Shown here: one piece after another, positions 1-10,070 of the stretch | Numbering within the stretch: position 1 is the first letter of the stretch | Layout of the letters: the number at the start of each line of letters is the position of its first letter | NCBI RefSeq assembly: GCF_013149785.1 | Contig: NZ_JABEZU010000005.1 | Span: forward strand, 1 to 64,000 | Source: Isoptericola halotolerans | Lineage (GTDB): Bacteria > Actinomycetota > Actinomycetes > Actinomycetales > Cellulomonadaceae | DNA length: 64,000 nucleotides | Reading direction: 5' to 3' | Notes under the pieces: model-generated | Seen by the model: the letters and a program-made list of their open reading frames with translations, nothing else | The model's database searches: none | What the model was told of the DNA's origin: nothing | Program-made: the position numbers and the translations under genes

Positions 1-92
1 GCCCGGTCCCATACCGAACCCGGAAGCTCAGCCCTTCAGCGCCGATGGTACTGCCCTGGAGACGGGGTGGGAGAGTAGGACGCCGCCGGACA
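1..92 (+). rRNA. rrf: 5S rRNA, 3' portion (5' end outside the window)
   Basis: Contains 5S hallmarks CCCATACCGAAC, AGCGCCGATGGTACTG and GGGAGAGTAGGACGCCGCCGG. Confidence 0.95.
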
Positions 93-99
93 CCCATTC

Positions 100-135
100 A
101 CGAAGACCCCGCACCTTCTGGTGCGGGGTCTTCGT
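100..135 (+). terminator. Intrinsic terminator hairpin after 5S rRNA
   Basis: Perfect 16-bp stem ACGAAGACCCCGCACC / GGTGCGGGGTCTTCGT, loop TTCT. Confidence 0.85.
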
Positions 136-271
136 CGTCTCCGGAACGGCCTGCGTCCAGGAGCGAGGCCGGTCCACGAGCTCGGCGGCTCACTCGGTCA
201 CTGGTCACCCACCGCTGTCAGGGGCGTGAACGATGCCTGTGGGGGTATGCGCGACCACTAGACTGGCAGCC

Positions 272-568
272 ATGTCCACCATCTCCCGTGACGAGGTCGC
301 GCGCGTCGCTGCCCTGGCGCGCATCGAGCTGCGCCCTGACGAGCTGGATCGGCTCGCCGGTGAGCTCGACGTGATCGTCGAGTCGATCGCCAAGGTGAGC
401 GCGGTCGCGACCCCCGAGGTTCCTGCGACGAGCCACCCGTTGCCGCTGTCCAACATCTTCCGCGCGGACGAGCCGGTTCCTGCACTACCGGTCGAGGACG
501 TGCTGGCCGGTGCCCCGGCCGCCGAGGACGGCCGATTCGCCGTGCCGCAGATCCTGGGGGAGGAGTGA
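272..568 (+). CDS. gatC: Asp-tRNA(Asn)/Glu-tRNA(Gln) amidotransferase subunit C
   Basis: [20 protein letters not shown]...[10 protein letters not shown]; first gene before gatA/gatB; TAGACT -10-like hexamer 7 nt upstream. Confidence 0.95.
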   Translation: MSTISRDEVARVAALARIELRPDELDRLAGELDVIVESIAKVSAVATPEVPATSHPLPLSNIFRADEPVPALPVEDVLAGAPAAEDGRFAVPQILGEE

Positions 569-569
569 C

Positions 570-2090
570 ATGACCGATCTGACCAGACTGTCTGCTGCCG
601 TCCTGGCAGAGAAGCTGCGGGCCGGTGAGGTGACCAGTGTCGAGGTCACCCAGGCCTGCCTCGACCGCATCGCGGCCGTGGAGCCCGCCGTGCACGCCTA
701 TCTGCACGTGTCCGCGGACGAGGCTCTCGCCACGGCACGCGACGTCGACGCCCGCCGTGCCGCCGGCGAGGAGCTGCACCCGCTGGCCGGCGTGCCGATC
801 GCCGTCAAGGACGTCGTCGTCACCCGGGGGATGCCGTCCACCGCCGGCTCGAAGATCCTCGAGGGCTGGGTGCCGCCGTACGACGCGACCCTGGTCGAGC
901 GCATCCGCGCCGCGGGCATGCCGATCCTGGGCAAGACCAACATGGACGAGTTCGCCATGGGTTCCTCCACGGAGCACTCGGCATACGGGAACACCCACAA
1001 CCCGTGGGACCTCGAGCGCATCCCGGGCGGCTCCGGCGGCGGGTCCGCCGCGGCGGTCGCGGCCTTCACCGCCCCGTTGGCGATCGGCACCGACACCGGT
1101 GGATCGATCCGTCAGCCGGGTGCGGTGACGGGCACCGTCGGCGTGAAGCCGACCTACGGTGGCGTCTCCCGCTACGGCCTCATCGCTCTCGCCTCGAGCC
1201 TCGACCAGGCCGGCCCGGTGACGCGTACGGTCCTCGACTCGGCGCTGCTGCACGAGCTGATCGGCGGGCACGACCCTCGCGACTCGACCTCGATCCCCGA
1301 GCCCTTGCCGGATCTCGTCGGAGCCGCTCGACGCGGCGCACAGGGCGACCTGTCCGGCGTCACCGTCGGCGTCGTCACCCAGCTGCAGGGCGAGGGGTAC
1401 CAGCCCGGCGTGCAGGCACGCTTCGAGGAGTCGCTCGAGCTGCTCACGAAGGCCGGCGCGAAGGTCGTCGAGGTCTCCTGCCCGCACTTCGAGTACGCCC
1501 TGGCGGCCTACTACCTCATCCTGCCCGCCGAGGCGTCGAGCAACCTGGCGAAGTTCGACGGCATGCGGTTCGGCCTGCGGGTCGAGCCGGAGGACGGCCC
1601 GGTCACCGCCGAGCGCGTGATGGCGGCGACACGTGGTGCAGGGTTCGGTGACGAGGTCAAGCGACGCATCATCCTGGGCACCTACGCCCTGAGCGCCGGC
1701 TACTACGACGCCTACTACGGCAGCGCCCAGAAGGTGCGGACGCTGATCCAGCAGGACTTCGACGCGGCGTTCGAGCAGGCCGACGTCCTGGTGTCCCCGA
1801 CGTCCCCGACGACGGCGTTCAAGCTCGGCGAGAAGCTCGACGACCCGTTGGCGATGTACCTCAACGACGTCGCCACCATCCCCGCGAACCTCGCGGGCAT
1901 CCCGGGCATCTCGGTGCCGAACGGCCTCTCGGTCCCCCCGGAGGGCGGCGACGCGCTGCCCACAGGATTCCAGGTGCTCGCTCCCGCGAAGGCCGACGAC
2001 CGCCTCTACCGCGTCGGCGCTGCCCTCGAGGCGGCGCTCGAGAGTCGCTGGGGCGGCCCGCTGCTCGACCGCGCCCCCGACCTCGGCTGA
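570..2090 (+). CDS. gatA: Amidotransferase subunit A
   Basis: Amidase signature [46 protein letters not shown]. Confidence 0.97.
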   Translation: MTDLTRLSAAVLAEKLRAGEVTSVEVTQACLDRIAAVEPAVHAYLHVSADEALATARDVDARRAAGEELHPLAGVPIAVKDVVVTRGMPSTAGSKILEGWVPPYDATLVERIRAAGMPILGKTNMDEFAMGSSTEHSAYGNTHNPWDLERIPGGSGGGSAAAVAAFTAPLAIGTDTGGSIRQPGAVTGTVGVKPTYGGVSRYGLIALASSLDQAGPVTRTVLDSALLHELIGGHDPRDSTSIPEPLPDLVGAARRGAQGDLSGVTVGVVTQLQGEGYQPGVQARFEESLELLTKAGAKVVEVSCPHFEYALAAYYLILPAEASSNLAKFDGMRFGLRVEPEDGPVTAERVMAATRGAGFGDEVKRRIILGTYALSAGYYDAYYGSAQKVRTLIQQDFDAAFEQADVLVSPTSPTTAFKLGEKLDDPLAMYLNDVATIPANLAGIPGISVPNGLSVPPEGGDALPTGFQVLAPAKADDRLYRVGAALEAALESRWGGPLLDRAPDLG

Positions 2091-2106
2091 CGGACCCACG
2101 AAGGAG

Positions 2107-3609
2107 ATGACTGTGACCCAGATGGTCGACTACGCCGACGCGGTCCGCCGGTACGACCCCGTCCTCGGGATCGAGGTGCACGTCGAGCTCGGCACCCGCA
2201 CCAAGATGTTCTGCGCCGCGGAGGTGGAGTTCGGCGGCGAGCCGAACACCCAGACGACGCCGGTGAGCCTCGGCCTGCCCGGCGCGCTGCCCGTGGTCAA
2301 CGGCACGGCCGTGGAGTACGCGATCCGCATCGGCCTGGCGCTCAACTGCCAGATCGCCGAGTCCTGCCGCTTCGCCCGGAAGAACTACTTCTACCCGGAC
2401 GTCCCGAAGAACTTCCAGACCTCCCAGTACGACGAGCCCATCGCCTTCGACGGCTGGCTCGACGTCGAGCTCGAGGACGGCACGGTGCACCGCGTCGAGA
2501 TCGAGCGGGCGCACATGGAGGAGGACGCCGGCAAGAACACCCACGTCGGCGGGTCGACGGGGCGGATCCACGGCGCCGAGTACTCGCTCGTGGACTACAA
2601 CCGCGCCGGCATCCCCCTGGTGGAGATCGTCACCAAGCCGATCACCGGCGTCGGTGACCGCGCACCGGAGGTCGCCCGCGCCTACGTGCAGGCGCTGCGG
2701 GACATCTTCCGCGCCCTGGACGTGTCCGAGGCCAAGATGGAGCGCGGCAACGTCCGTGCCGACGTGAACGTCTCGCTGCGTCCCACCCCGGAGTCGCCGC
2801 TCGGCACACGGACCGAGACCAAGAACGTCAACTCGTTCCGCTCGGTCGAGCGCGTGGTCCGCCACGAGATCTCGCGCCAGGCAGGAGCGCTCGACGCCGG
2901 CCGGACGATCGTGCAGGAGACGCGGCACTGGCACGAGGACACCGGCACGACGACGTCGGGCCGGGTGAAGTCCGACGCCGAGGACTACCGCTACTTCCCC
3001 GAGCCGGACCTCGTGCCCGTCGAGCCGTCCCGCGAGTGGGTCGAGGAGATCCGGGCGACGCTGCCGGAGCTGCCGCAGGCGCGCCGTCGTCGGCTGCAGA
3101 CCGAGTGGGGCTACGCCGACGCCGAGATGCGGGACGTGGTCAACGCCGGGGCGATCGAGCTCATCGAGGCGACCGTCGCCGCCGGGTCGAGCCCGGCCGC
3201 CGCCCGCAAGTGGTGGATGGGCGAGCTGGCCCGCCGTGCCAAGCAGGACGAGCGCGAGCTGGCCGACCTGCCGATCACTCCGGCGCAGATCGGCGAGCTC
3301 CAGGGCCTGGTCGACTCCGGTCGGATCAACGACAAGATCGCCCGCCAGGTCCTCGACGGTGTGCTCGCCGGTGAGGGCGACCCGGAGGCGGTCGTCGTGG
3401 CCCGCGGGCTCGAGATCGTCTCCGACGACGGCGCGCTGCTGGCCGCCATCGACGAGGCGCTCGCCGCGCAGCCCGACGTCGTGGAGAAGGTGCGCGGAGG
3501 GAACCAGGGACCGGTCGGCGCGATCATCGGCGCGGTCATGAAGGCCACCCGGGGCCAGGCCGACGCCAAGCGCGTGCGTGAGCTCGTCCTGGAGAGGATC
3601 GGGGCGTGA
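2107..3609 (+). CDS. gatB: Amidotransferase subunit B
   Basis: [43 protein letters not shown]. Confidence 0.97.
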   Translation: MTVTQMVDYADAVRRYDPVLGIEVHVELGTRTKMFCAAEVEFGGEPNTQTTPVSLGLPGALPVVNGTAVEYAIRIGLALNCQIAESCRFARKNYFYPDVPKNFQTSQYDEPIAFDGWLDVELEDGTVHRVEIERAHMEEDAGKNTHVGGSTGRIHGAEYSLVDYNRAGIPLVEIVTKPITGVGDRAPEVARAYVQALRDIFRALDVSEAKMERGNVRADVNVSLRPTPESPLGTRTETKNVNSFRSVERVVRHEISRQAGALDAGRTIVQETRHWHEDTGTTTSGRVKSDAEDYRYFPEPDLVPVEPSREWVEEIRATLPELPQARRRRLQTEWGYADAEMRDVVNAGAIELIEATVAAGSSPAAARKWWMGELARRAKQDERELADLPITPAQIGELQGLVDSGRINDKIARQVLDGVLAGEGDPEAVVVARGLEIVSDDGALLAAIDEALAAQPDVVEKVRGGNQGPVGAIIGAVMKATRGQADAKRVRELVLERIGA

Positions 3610-4187
3610 GAGCACCCGTCCTGCACGGGGAGATGATGCGGCTGCGCCCGATCGAGGCGCGGGACGCGGACAAGCTCTGGGAGTCGCTGCACGACCCGGA
3701 GGGCATGCGCCTGACGGGGACGACGGCGACCTTCACCCGGGAGCAGATCGACGAGTGGGCCGCCACCGTCGCCGAGCAGGACGGTCGGTACGACTGGGCG
3801 ATCACCCCCGGCGCCGTCCGGGACGGGGAGCTCGTCAGCGACGAGCTGATCGGCGAGATCGTCCTCAACGACCTCGACCCGGGCACCCGCGGCGCCAACC
3901 TGCGTCTGCAGATGCTGCCCGACTACCGCGGTCGCGGGTACGGGCGCGAGGCCATCGAGGAGGTGCTGCGGTTCGCCTTCGACGGCGTGCCCGGTGATCG
4001 CGGTCCCCGGCTGCACCGTGTCGGCCTCGACGTGCTGAGCATCAACCCGCGGGCCAAGGCGCTCTACGCGTCGCTGGGGTTCGTCGAGGAGGGCCGGCTG
4101 CGGGAGGTCTACCGCGACGGCGAGACCTGGGCCGACGCGATCGTGATGAGCGTGCTGGAGGACGAGTTCCGGGACCACCACCGCTGA
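3606..4187 (+). CDS. GNAT (RimJ/RimL-like) N-acetyltransferase
   Basis: YRGRGYG acetyl-CoA loop and N.RA..LY..LGF..EG motif; GTGA overlap with gatB stop. Confidence 0.85.
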   Translation: MRAPVLHGEMMRLRPIEARDADKLWESLHDPEGMRLTGTTATFTREQIDEWAATVAEQDGRYDWAITPGAVRDGELVSDELIGEIVLNDLDPGTRGANLRLQMLPDYRGRGYGREAIEEVLRFAFDGVPGDRGPRLHRVGLDVLSINPRAKALYASLGFVEEGRLREVYRDGETWADAIVMSVLEDEFRDHHR

Positions 4188-4212
4188 TCGTCGTCGCCCG
4201 GGTCCCCGCTCC

Positions 4213-5589
4213 TCAGCGGCGGGCCCGGGCGAAGTGGTCGAGGGCGACGCGTCGTTCGACGGCGTGGTCGACGATCGGCGCGGGGTAGCTCTCCGGCGGC
4301 TCGTCGAGCCGCCACGGCTCCTGGACCCGTGCCGCCGGGACGTCCCCCAGCTCGGGGACCCAGCGGCGGACGTACGCGCCGTCGGGGTCGAACTTCTTGC
4401 CCTGGGTCACCGGGTTGAAGATCCGGAAGTACGGCGCCGCGTCGTAGCCGGTGCCGGCGACCCACTGCCAGTTGAGCTGGTTCTGCGACACGTCACCGTC
4501 GACCAGGTGCTCCATGAAGTGCGCGGCCCCCCGTTGCCAGCGCACGTGCAGGTCCTTGACGAGGAACGACGCGACCACCATGCGCACCCGGTTGTGCATC
4601 CACCCGGTGGCCACCAGCTGGCGCATGCCCGCGTCGACGATCGGGTAGCCCGTCCGGCCCGCCACCCACGCCCGGAACCGTTCGTCCTCCCGGGTGCCCC
4701 GCGCCCACGACTCCTCCGGCACGACAGTCCGCAACGAGCGGGTGCGGGCGCCCGGCTGGTGGTGCAGGACGTCGGCGTGGAACTCCCGCCAGGCCAGCTC
4801 CGAGCGGAACGTCGTCACGTCGTCGGAGGGCGCGCCGTCGGACGCCGCGACAGCGAGGTCGGCGAGCAGGGTGCGCGGGTGGATCTCTCCCCAGCGCAGG
4901 TGCACCGACATGGCCGAGGTGCCGGCGAGGTCGGGTCGGTCCCGGTGCTCGGCGTAGCCGGCCAGCCCGTCGTCGAGGAACGTGTGCCACCGCCGTCGGG
5001 CGGCCTCCTCACCCGCGCGGGGCAGCCGCGCGTCGGTGGCCGGCGCCGTCGGCAGCTCGTCCGAGGCCAGGCGCGCCCACGGGATCGATCGCGGCCGGAT
5101 CGCGGGCGCGCGCCAGCCGTGCTCCAGCCATGCCCGGCGGAACGGGGTGAACACCTGGTAGGGCGTTCCGGCGCCCGTGCGCACCCGGCCGGGGGAGACG
5201 GCGTAGGCGGAACCGGTCACGACCAGTCGGCGGTCGTCGTCGGCCAGCGTCTGCGTCACGGCGTCGTCGCGCTGCCGTCCGTACGGTTCGTGGCTCGCCG
5301 CCACGTGCACCTCGGTCGCCCCGATCTCGCGGGCCACCGCGGGCACCACCTCGCGTGGGTCCCCACGACGGACGACCAGCGCGCCGTCGCACGCGGAGTC
5401 GAGGGCGCTCAAGGACCCGAGCAGGTAGACGAGCCGGTTGTGCCCGGCGCGCGACCAGAGCGCGTCGTCCAGGACGTAGAGCCCGACGACGTCGCTCCCG
5501 TCCTGCCGGGCCGACTCCACGGCCGCGACCAGCGCAGGGTTGTCGGCGAGGCGCAGGTCGCGGCGGAACCACATCACGGTCGAAGGCAC
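4213..5589 (-). CDS. phr: DNA photolyase (cryptochrome/photolyase family)
   Basis: WFRRDLRLADNPAL, ELAWREF, TGYPIVDAGMRQL, GWMHNRVRM, YFRIFNP. Confidence 0.92.
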   Translation of the reverse strand: MPSTVMWFRRDLRLADNPALVAAVESARQDGSDVVGLYVLDDALWSRAGHNRLVYLLGSLSALDSACDGALVVRRGDPREVVPAVAREIGATEVHVAASHEPYGRQRDDAVTQTLADDDRRLVVTGSAYAVSPGRVRTGAGTPYQVFTPFRRAWLEHGWRAPAIRPRSIPWARLASDELPTAPATDARLPRAGEEAARRRWHTFLDDGLAGYAEHRDRPDLAGTSAMSVHLRWGEIHPRTLLADLAVAASDGAPSDDVTTFRSELAWREFHADVLHHQPGARTRSLRTVVPEESWARGTREDERFRAWVAGRTGYPIVDAGMRQLVATGWMHNRVRMVVASFLVKDLHVRWQRGAAHFMEHLVDGDVSQNQLNWQWVAGTGYDAAPYFRIFNPVTQGKKFDPDGAYVRRWVPELGDVPAARVQEPWRLDEPPESYPAPIVDHAVERRVALDHFARARR

Positions 5590-5712
5590 CCGACCACGGT
5601 AGATGCTCGGCGCCCCGGCGTCGGTCTGGGCGGTCTCGCCGTGGGTGGTGCGGCACGTCCGCGCCGCGGACGGGGCCGAGGGGTGCAGACCGCCGGGGCG
5701 TGACCTGGGCGC

Positions 5713-6267
5713 TCAGCGCAGCCAGGTCCGGGCACCCGGCACCGACGACGCGGCCCAGGCACGCCCGAGGCCCCAGGTGTCGCCCGCCCGGCTCAGCGCC
5801 AGGGCCGCCAGCAGAGCGGCGTACACCACGTGCTCGTCGACGACCGGGTTGTGCGAACCGGCGGCGAACGGCCAGGTCGACAGCCACAGCGAGAGCATGA
5901 GCAGCCCGCCCGCGACCGCGGCGGCCCGCATCCCGACGCCGAGGAGCAGGGCGAGCCCGGTCCCGAGCATGCCGACCATGAACAGCACGTCGGTGACGGA
6001 TCCGGGCAACGCGGCGAAGACGCCGGACAGGGGTCCGGCGGCGTGCTCCAGGTAGCCCGCCGTCGGCGACGTCCCGGTGGTCAGCCAGGCCGACTCGGAC
6101 GGAGTGGCGTAGCCGAGCCCGAAGGTCTTGTCGAGCACGGGCCAGAGGAAGACGATCGCGAGCAGGAGGCGGCAGCAGGCGAGGGCACGGCGTGCGGCGA
6201 CGCCGCCGGGCGTGCCGCCGTCGGCGGCCGTGGGGCGGGTGCTGGTCGGCACGGAGGTCGTGGTCAT
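5713..6267 (-). CDS. DoxX-family membrane protein (thiosulfate:quinone oxidoreductase DoxD-like)
   Basis: RLLLAIVFLW..DKTFGLGYATP, SPTAGYL, NPVVDEHVVYA; about four hydrophobic segments; end of the 5713..8388 minus-strand ORF. Confidence 0.75.
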   Translation of the reverse strand: MTTTSVPTSTRPTAADGGTPGGVAARRALACCRLLLAIVFLWPVLDKTFGLGYATPSESAWLTTGTSPTAGYLEHAAGPLSGVFAALPGSVTDVLFMVGMLGTGLALLLGVGMRAAAVAGGLLMLSLWLSTWPFAAGSHNPVVDEHVVYAALLAALALSRAGDTWGLGRAWAASSVPGARTWLR

Positions 6268-6376
6268 CGTCGTGTCGTCCTCGTTCGTCTCGGTGGTTCG
6301 GACACTGCATCGTGGGCGGCGTGACACCGGGCTCGCCAGCGCCGGGCAAGAGGTGAAGCGTTTATGCAGCCCGGAC

Positions 6377-6392
6377 GCCCACGAGGCGGGAC
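6377..6392. promoter_or_regulatory. Candidate IclR-family (NdgR/LtbR-like) box upstream of first ilvD
   Basis: GCCCACGAGGCGGGAC resembles boxes upstream of ilvB, leuB and cimA. Confidence 0.4.
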
Positions 6393-6480
6393 GGGTGTGC
6401 CGGGTCGCCGTGCCACGGCGTACGCTGCGCGGGCGTGCCGCCTGCGGTACGTCGTCGCACCGGTACGAAGGAGCAGTGAC

Positions 6481-8340
6481 ATGAGCCGCCCCCTGCGCTC
6501 CCGCACATCCACCCACGGCCGCAACATGTCCGGCGCCCGCGCGCTGTGGCGCGCGACCGGCATGGGCTCGGAGGACTTCGGCAAGCCGATCATCGCGATC
6601 GCGAACTCCTACACGCAGTTCGTCCCGGGGCACGTGCACCTCAAGGACATGGGTGACCTCGTCGCGGGCGCCATCCAGGAGGCCGGTGGGGTCGCCAAGG
6701 AGTTCAACACCATCGCCGTGGACGACGGCATCGCGATGGGGCACGGCGGCATGCTGTACTCGCTGCCGAGCCGCGACCTCATCGCCGACTCCGTCGAGTA
6801 CATGGTCAACGCGCACTGCGCGGACGCCCTGGTGTGCATCTCCAACTGCGACAAGATCACCCCGGGCATGCTCAATGCGGCGCTGCGGCTGAACATCCCG
6901 GTCATCTTCGTCTCGGGCGGGCCCATGGAGGCCGGCAAGGCGATCGTCGCCGACGGCATCGCGAAGACCAGCCTGAACCTCATCAACGCGATCAACTACT
7001 CCGCGGACGAGAACGTCTCCGACGAGGCGCTGGCCAAGGTCGAGGAGGCCGCGTGCCCGACCTGCGGGTCGTGCTCGGGGATGTTCACCGCCAACTCGAT
7101 GAACTGCCTCACCGAGGCGCTCGGGCTCTCGCTGCCGGGCAACGGCTCGACCCTGGCCACGCACGCCGCGCGCAAGGAGCTGTTCCTCGAGGCGGGCCGG
7201 ACCATCGTCGACCTGGCGAAGCGGTACTACGACGACGAGGACGACTCGGCGGCTCCGCGCGGCATCGCCACCAAGGCGGCGTTCCACAACGCGATGGCGC
7301 TCGACGTCGCGATGGGCGGCTCGACCAATACGGTGCTGCACGTCCTTGCGGCGGCGCAGGAGGGCGAGATCGACTTCACGCTCGCCGACATCGAGGACAT
7401 CAGCCGCCGTGTGCCGTGCCTGAGCAAGGTGGCGCCGAACCACCCGGACTACCACATGGAGGACGTCCACCGGGCGGGCGGCATCCCCGCGCTGCTCGGT
7501 GAGCTGCGTCGTGCGGGCCTGCTCGACACCGACGTCACCACCGTGCACACGCCCACGCTCGAGGCGTGGCTGGACGACTGGGACATCCGCTCCGGCAAGG
7601 CGACCCCCGAGGCGCTCGAGCTGTTCCACGCCGCCCCGGGCGGGGTCCGCACCACGCAGGCGTTCTCCACGCAGAACCGCTGGGAATCCCTGGACACCGA
7701 CGCCGCCGAGGGCTGCATCCGCGACCTCGAGCACGCCTACACCGTCGAGGGCGGGCTCGCGGTGCTGCGCGGCAACCTCGCCGAGGACGGCGCCGTGTTC
7801 AAGACGGCGGGCGTGGACCCGGACGTCTTCCACTTCGTGGGCAAGGCCCTCGTGTGCGAGTCGCAGGACGAGGCCGTGGAGAAGATCCTCACCAAGCAGG
7901 TCGAGCCGGGCCACGTCGTCGTCGTGCGCTACGAGGGTCCGGCCGGTGGCCCGGGCATGCAGGAGATGCTGTACCCGACCTCGTTCATCAAGGGCCGCGG
8001 GCTCGGCAAGGTCTGCGCCCTGATCACCGACGGGCGGTTCTCCGGCGGCTCCAGCGGCATCTCCATCGGGCACGTCTCCCCGGAGGCCGCTGCCGGCGGC
8101 GTCATCGGACTGGTCGAGGACGGCGACGAGATCGCCATCGACGTCGACTCGCGTTCCATCCACCTCAACGTGCCCGACGAGGTGCTCGCCGAGCGCCGGG
8201 CCAAGATGGAGGCCTCGGAGAACCCGTGGCAGCCGGTGGACCGCGACCGGTACGTCTCGCCCGCGCTGCAGGCCTATGCGGCCATGGCGACGTCCGCGGA
8301 CCGCGGCGCCGTGCGGGACTTGAACCGGCTCTCTCGGTGA
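6481..8340 (+). CDS. ilvD: Dihydroxy-acid dehydratase, long form (~619 aa)
   Basis: [85 protein letters not shown]. Confidence 0.95.
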   Translation: MSRPLRSRTSTHGRNMSGARALWRATGMGSEDFGKPIIAIANSYTQFVPGHVHLKDMGDLVAGAIQEAGGVAKEFNTIAVDDGIAMGHGGMLYSLPSRDLIADSVEYMVNAHCADALVCISNCDKITPGMLNAALRLNIPVIFVSGGPMEAGKAIVADGIAKTSLNLINAINYSADENVSDEALAKVEEAACPTCGSCSGMFTANSMNCLTEALGLSLPGNGSTLATHAARKELFLEAGRTIVDLAKRYYDDEDDSAAPRGIATKAAFHNAMALDVAMGGSTNTVLHVLAAAQEGEIDFTLADIEDISRRVPCLSKVAPNHPDYHMEDVHRAGGIPALLGELRRAGLLDTDVTTVHTPTLEAWLDDWDIRSGKATPEALELFHAAPGGVRTTQAFSTQNRWESLDTDAAEGCIRDLEHAYTVEGGLAVLRGNLAEDGAVFKTAGVDPDVFHFVGKALVCESQDEAVEKILTKQVEPGHVVVVRYEGPAGGPGMQEMLYPTSFIKGRGLGKVCALITDGRFSGGSSGISIGHVSPEAAAGGVIGLVEDGDEIAIDVDSRSIHLNVPDEVLAERRAKMEASENPWQPVDRDRYVSPALQAYAAMATSADRGAVRDLNRLSR

Positions 8341-8372
8341 GCCTCGGCCAAGGCTTGATCTAGAGATGTAGC

Positions 8373-10070
8373 ATGAATGCCGTGACAACGGGCTTCTCCG
8401 ATGCTGACCTTGAACCGCTCTACACGCTCCGAGCGGAGGACATGCAAGCCTCCGATCTAGAGCGATGGACGGCGGTCGTTCCGGGCGACGAGTCCGTGCT
8501 CAGGAAGTTGACGGGTCCAGGGCCAAAGCTGTTGAAAGGCCCCCGGGGTAGCGGAAAGAGTACGTTCCTGAAGCGCGCGTATGCGCGCCTCTCGTCCAAT
8601 AGTAGCGTGCTCGTAGCCTATATCAACTACTCAACACATCTGGCGCTAGAGCCTCTAATGCTCAATTCTGAGCAATCGCTGGAGCACTTCCGTCAATGGC
8701 TAGTGTACAAAGTGATTATCGGACTCGATGAAGCGCATGCCGACTCATCGCCGCCCCAGCTTCGGGAATTGGCAAAAGTAGGTCGATCCTATATAAACGA
8801 ACTTGGCACCAAAACTGGGGAAGCCCCAAAGACTCAAATTCAACCGATGTCGCCCGCCGAGTTGTTGAATTTTATCGAGCGCTTGGCGCTAGACGAGGGG
8901 CGATCTCGAGTCGTTCTCTTGATGGACGATGCCGCTCACGCGTTCATGCAGCAGCAGCAGCGAGAATTTTTTGAGCTCTTCCGCGCATTGCGTTCAAGGA
9001 CCGTAGCATGTAAAGCCGCAATATATCCCGGCGTGACTTCATATAGCCCATTCTTCAACGTTGGGCACGAGGCCGAGGAAATTGAGATATGGATCCGCCC
9101 TGATGGGCCTGACTATCTGCCAACTATGCGCGCGATATTCAAGGCACGATTCCCTGAGTCGATGCAGGAAGCGGTAAGGCAGGAACTGGTAGATATGGCC
9201 GCACACGCAGCCTTCGGTCTACCTAGGAACTTCCTGAATATTCTTTCCGATTCTCTGGGCGATCCAGATGACCGCGAGTTCGCCCCAAGTGCGCCCAGTT
9301 TGCGTCGTCTCCGAGTTGCGATTCAGGACAACGCCAACCGCGCTCGAGCTCTTTTCGCTGAGATCTCAAAGAAACTTCCACGCTACGCGAATTTTGTGGA
9401 AGTTGGATCTGAGGTTCAGAACAACATGGTGGACCAGATCCGCAAAACCAACATGCTTCGCTCGAGGGGACCCGCGAAGTACGTCGGAATTGCGATCGCC
9501 CAGCCTTGGGGTAGCGAACTGGGGCAAATAGTATCACTACTTGAGTACGCCGGATCTGTTCGTCGCATAGGAACGGTATCTCGCGGTGAGACTCGCTACG
9601 AGCGTGTTCAGATTCACACATCGATCCTATTTGCCGAGACTGCGCTTGGCCTTGGCCGCAACCTATCAGCTGAGGACGCGAATCGGGCACTTGCTCGACA
9701 GAGCGCTGATGACTTCGTGCGTCGGCAGGCCGACAGAATAATGACGCATGAACTCGTGGACAGGTGTCGGCTCAATCTATCCCCTTGCCCAGTTTGTCAA
9801 AGCCCGAGGGTTTCCGAAGATGCAGCGTTCTGCTATAAGTGCGGCGCGTCCCTTACTGTAGAGTCGGTTTATGCATCACTCTTGGCCGCAAAGGTCGAAG
9901 TTCTTGACCTTCCCGAGTTGAAGGTCCATCGAATTCAAGATGCAAATATCCGAACGGTGCAGGACGTTATTCTTGATGAGGGAGGATCGCGACTTAGGTC
10001 GGTCAAGAGTATTGGTGAGATATGGTCGGCTCGCATTAAGGCGCGAGCTGAAGAGTTTGTAACGTTGTGA
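8373..10070 (+). CDS. STAND/ORC-CDC6-like P-loop NTPase with C-terminal zinc ribbon and alpha-CTD/HhH-like domain
   Basis: Walker A GPRGSGKS (8538-8561), Walker B VVLLMDD, GxP-type AAFGLPR, CPVC-x11-CYKC (9786-9842), terminal LDLPELKVHRIQDANIRTVQDV...LRSVKSIGEIWSARIK. Confidence 0.8.
   Translation: MNAVTTGFSDADLEPLYTLRAEDMQASDLERWTAVVPGDESVLRKLTGPGPKLLKGPRGSGKSTFLKRAYARLSSNSSVLVAYINYSTHLALEPLMLNSEQSLEHFRQWLVYKVIIGLDEAHADSSPPQLRELAKVGRSYINELGTKTGEAPKTQIQPMSPAELLNFIERLALDEGRSRVVLLMDDAAHAFMQQQQREFFELFRALRSRTVACKAAIYPGVTSYSPFFNVGHEAEEIEIWIRPDGPDYLPTMRAIFKARFPESMQEAVRQELVDMAAHAAFGLPRNFLNILSDSLGDPDDREFAPSAPSLRRLRVAIQDNANRARALFAEISKKLPRYANFVEVGSEVQNNMVDQIRKTNMLRSRGPAKYVGIAIAQPWGSELGQIVSLLEYAGSVRRIGTVSRGETRYERVQIHTSILFAETALGLGRNLSAEDANRALARQSADDFVRRQADRIMTHELVDRCRLNLSPCPVCQSPRVSEDAAFCYKCGASLTVESVYASLLAAKVEVLDLPELKVHRIQDANIRTVQDVILDEGGSRLRSVKSIGEIWSARIKARAEEFVTL

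Noticed and set aside
8949..8960. (CAG)4 tract in the NTPase as a phase-variation site
   Set aside because: Short and in-frame; slippage would not shift the frame.
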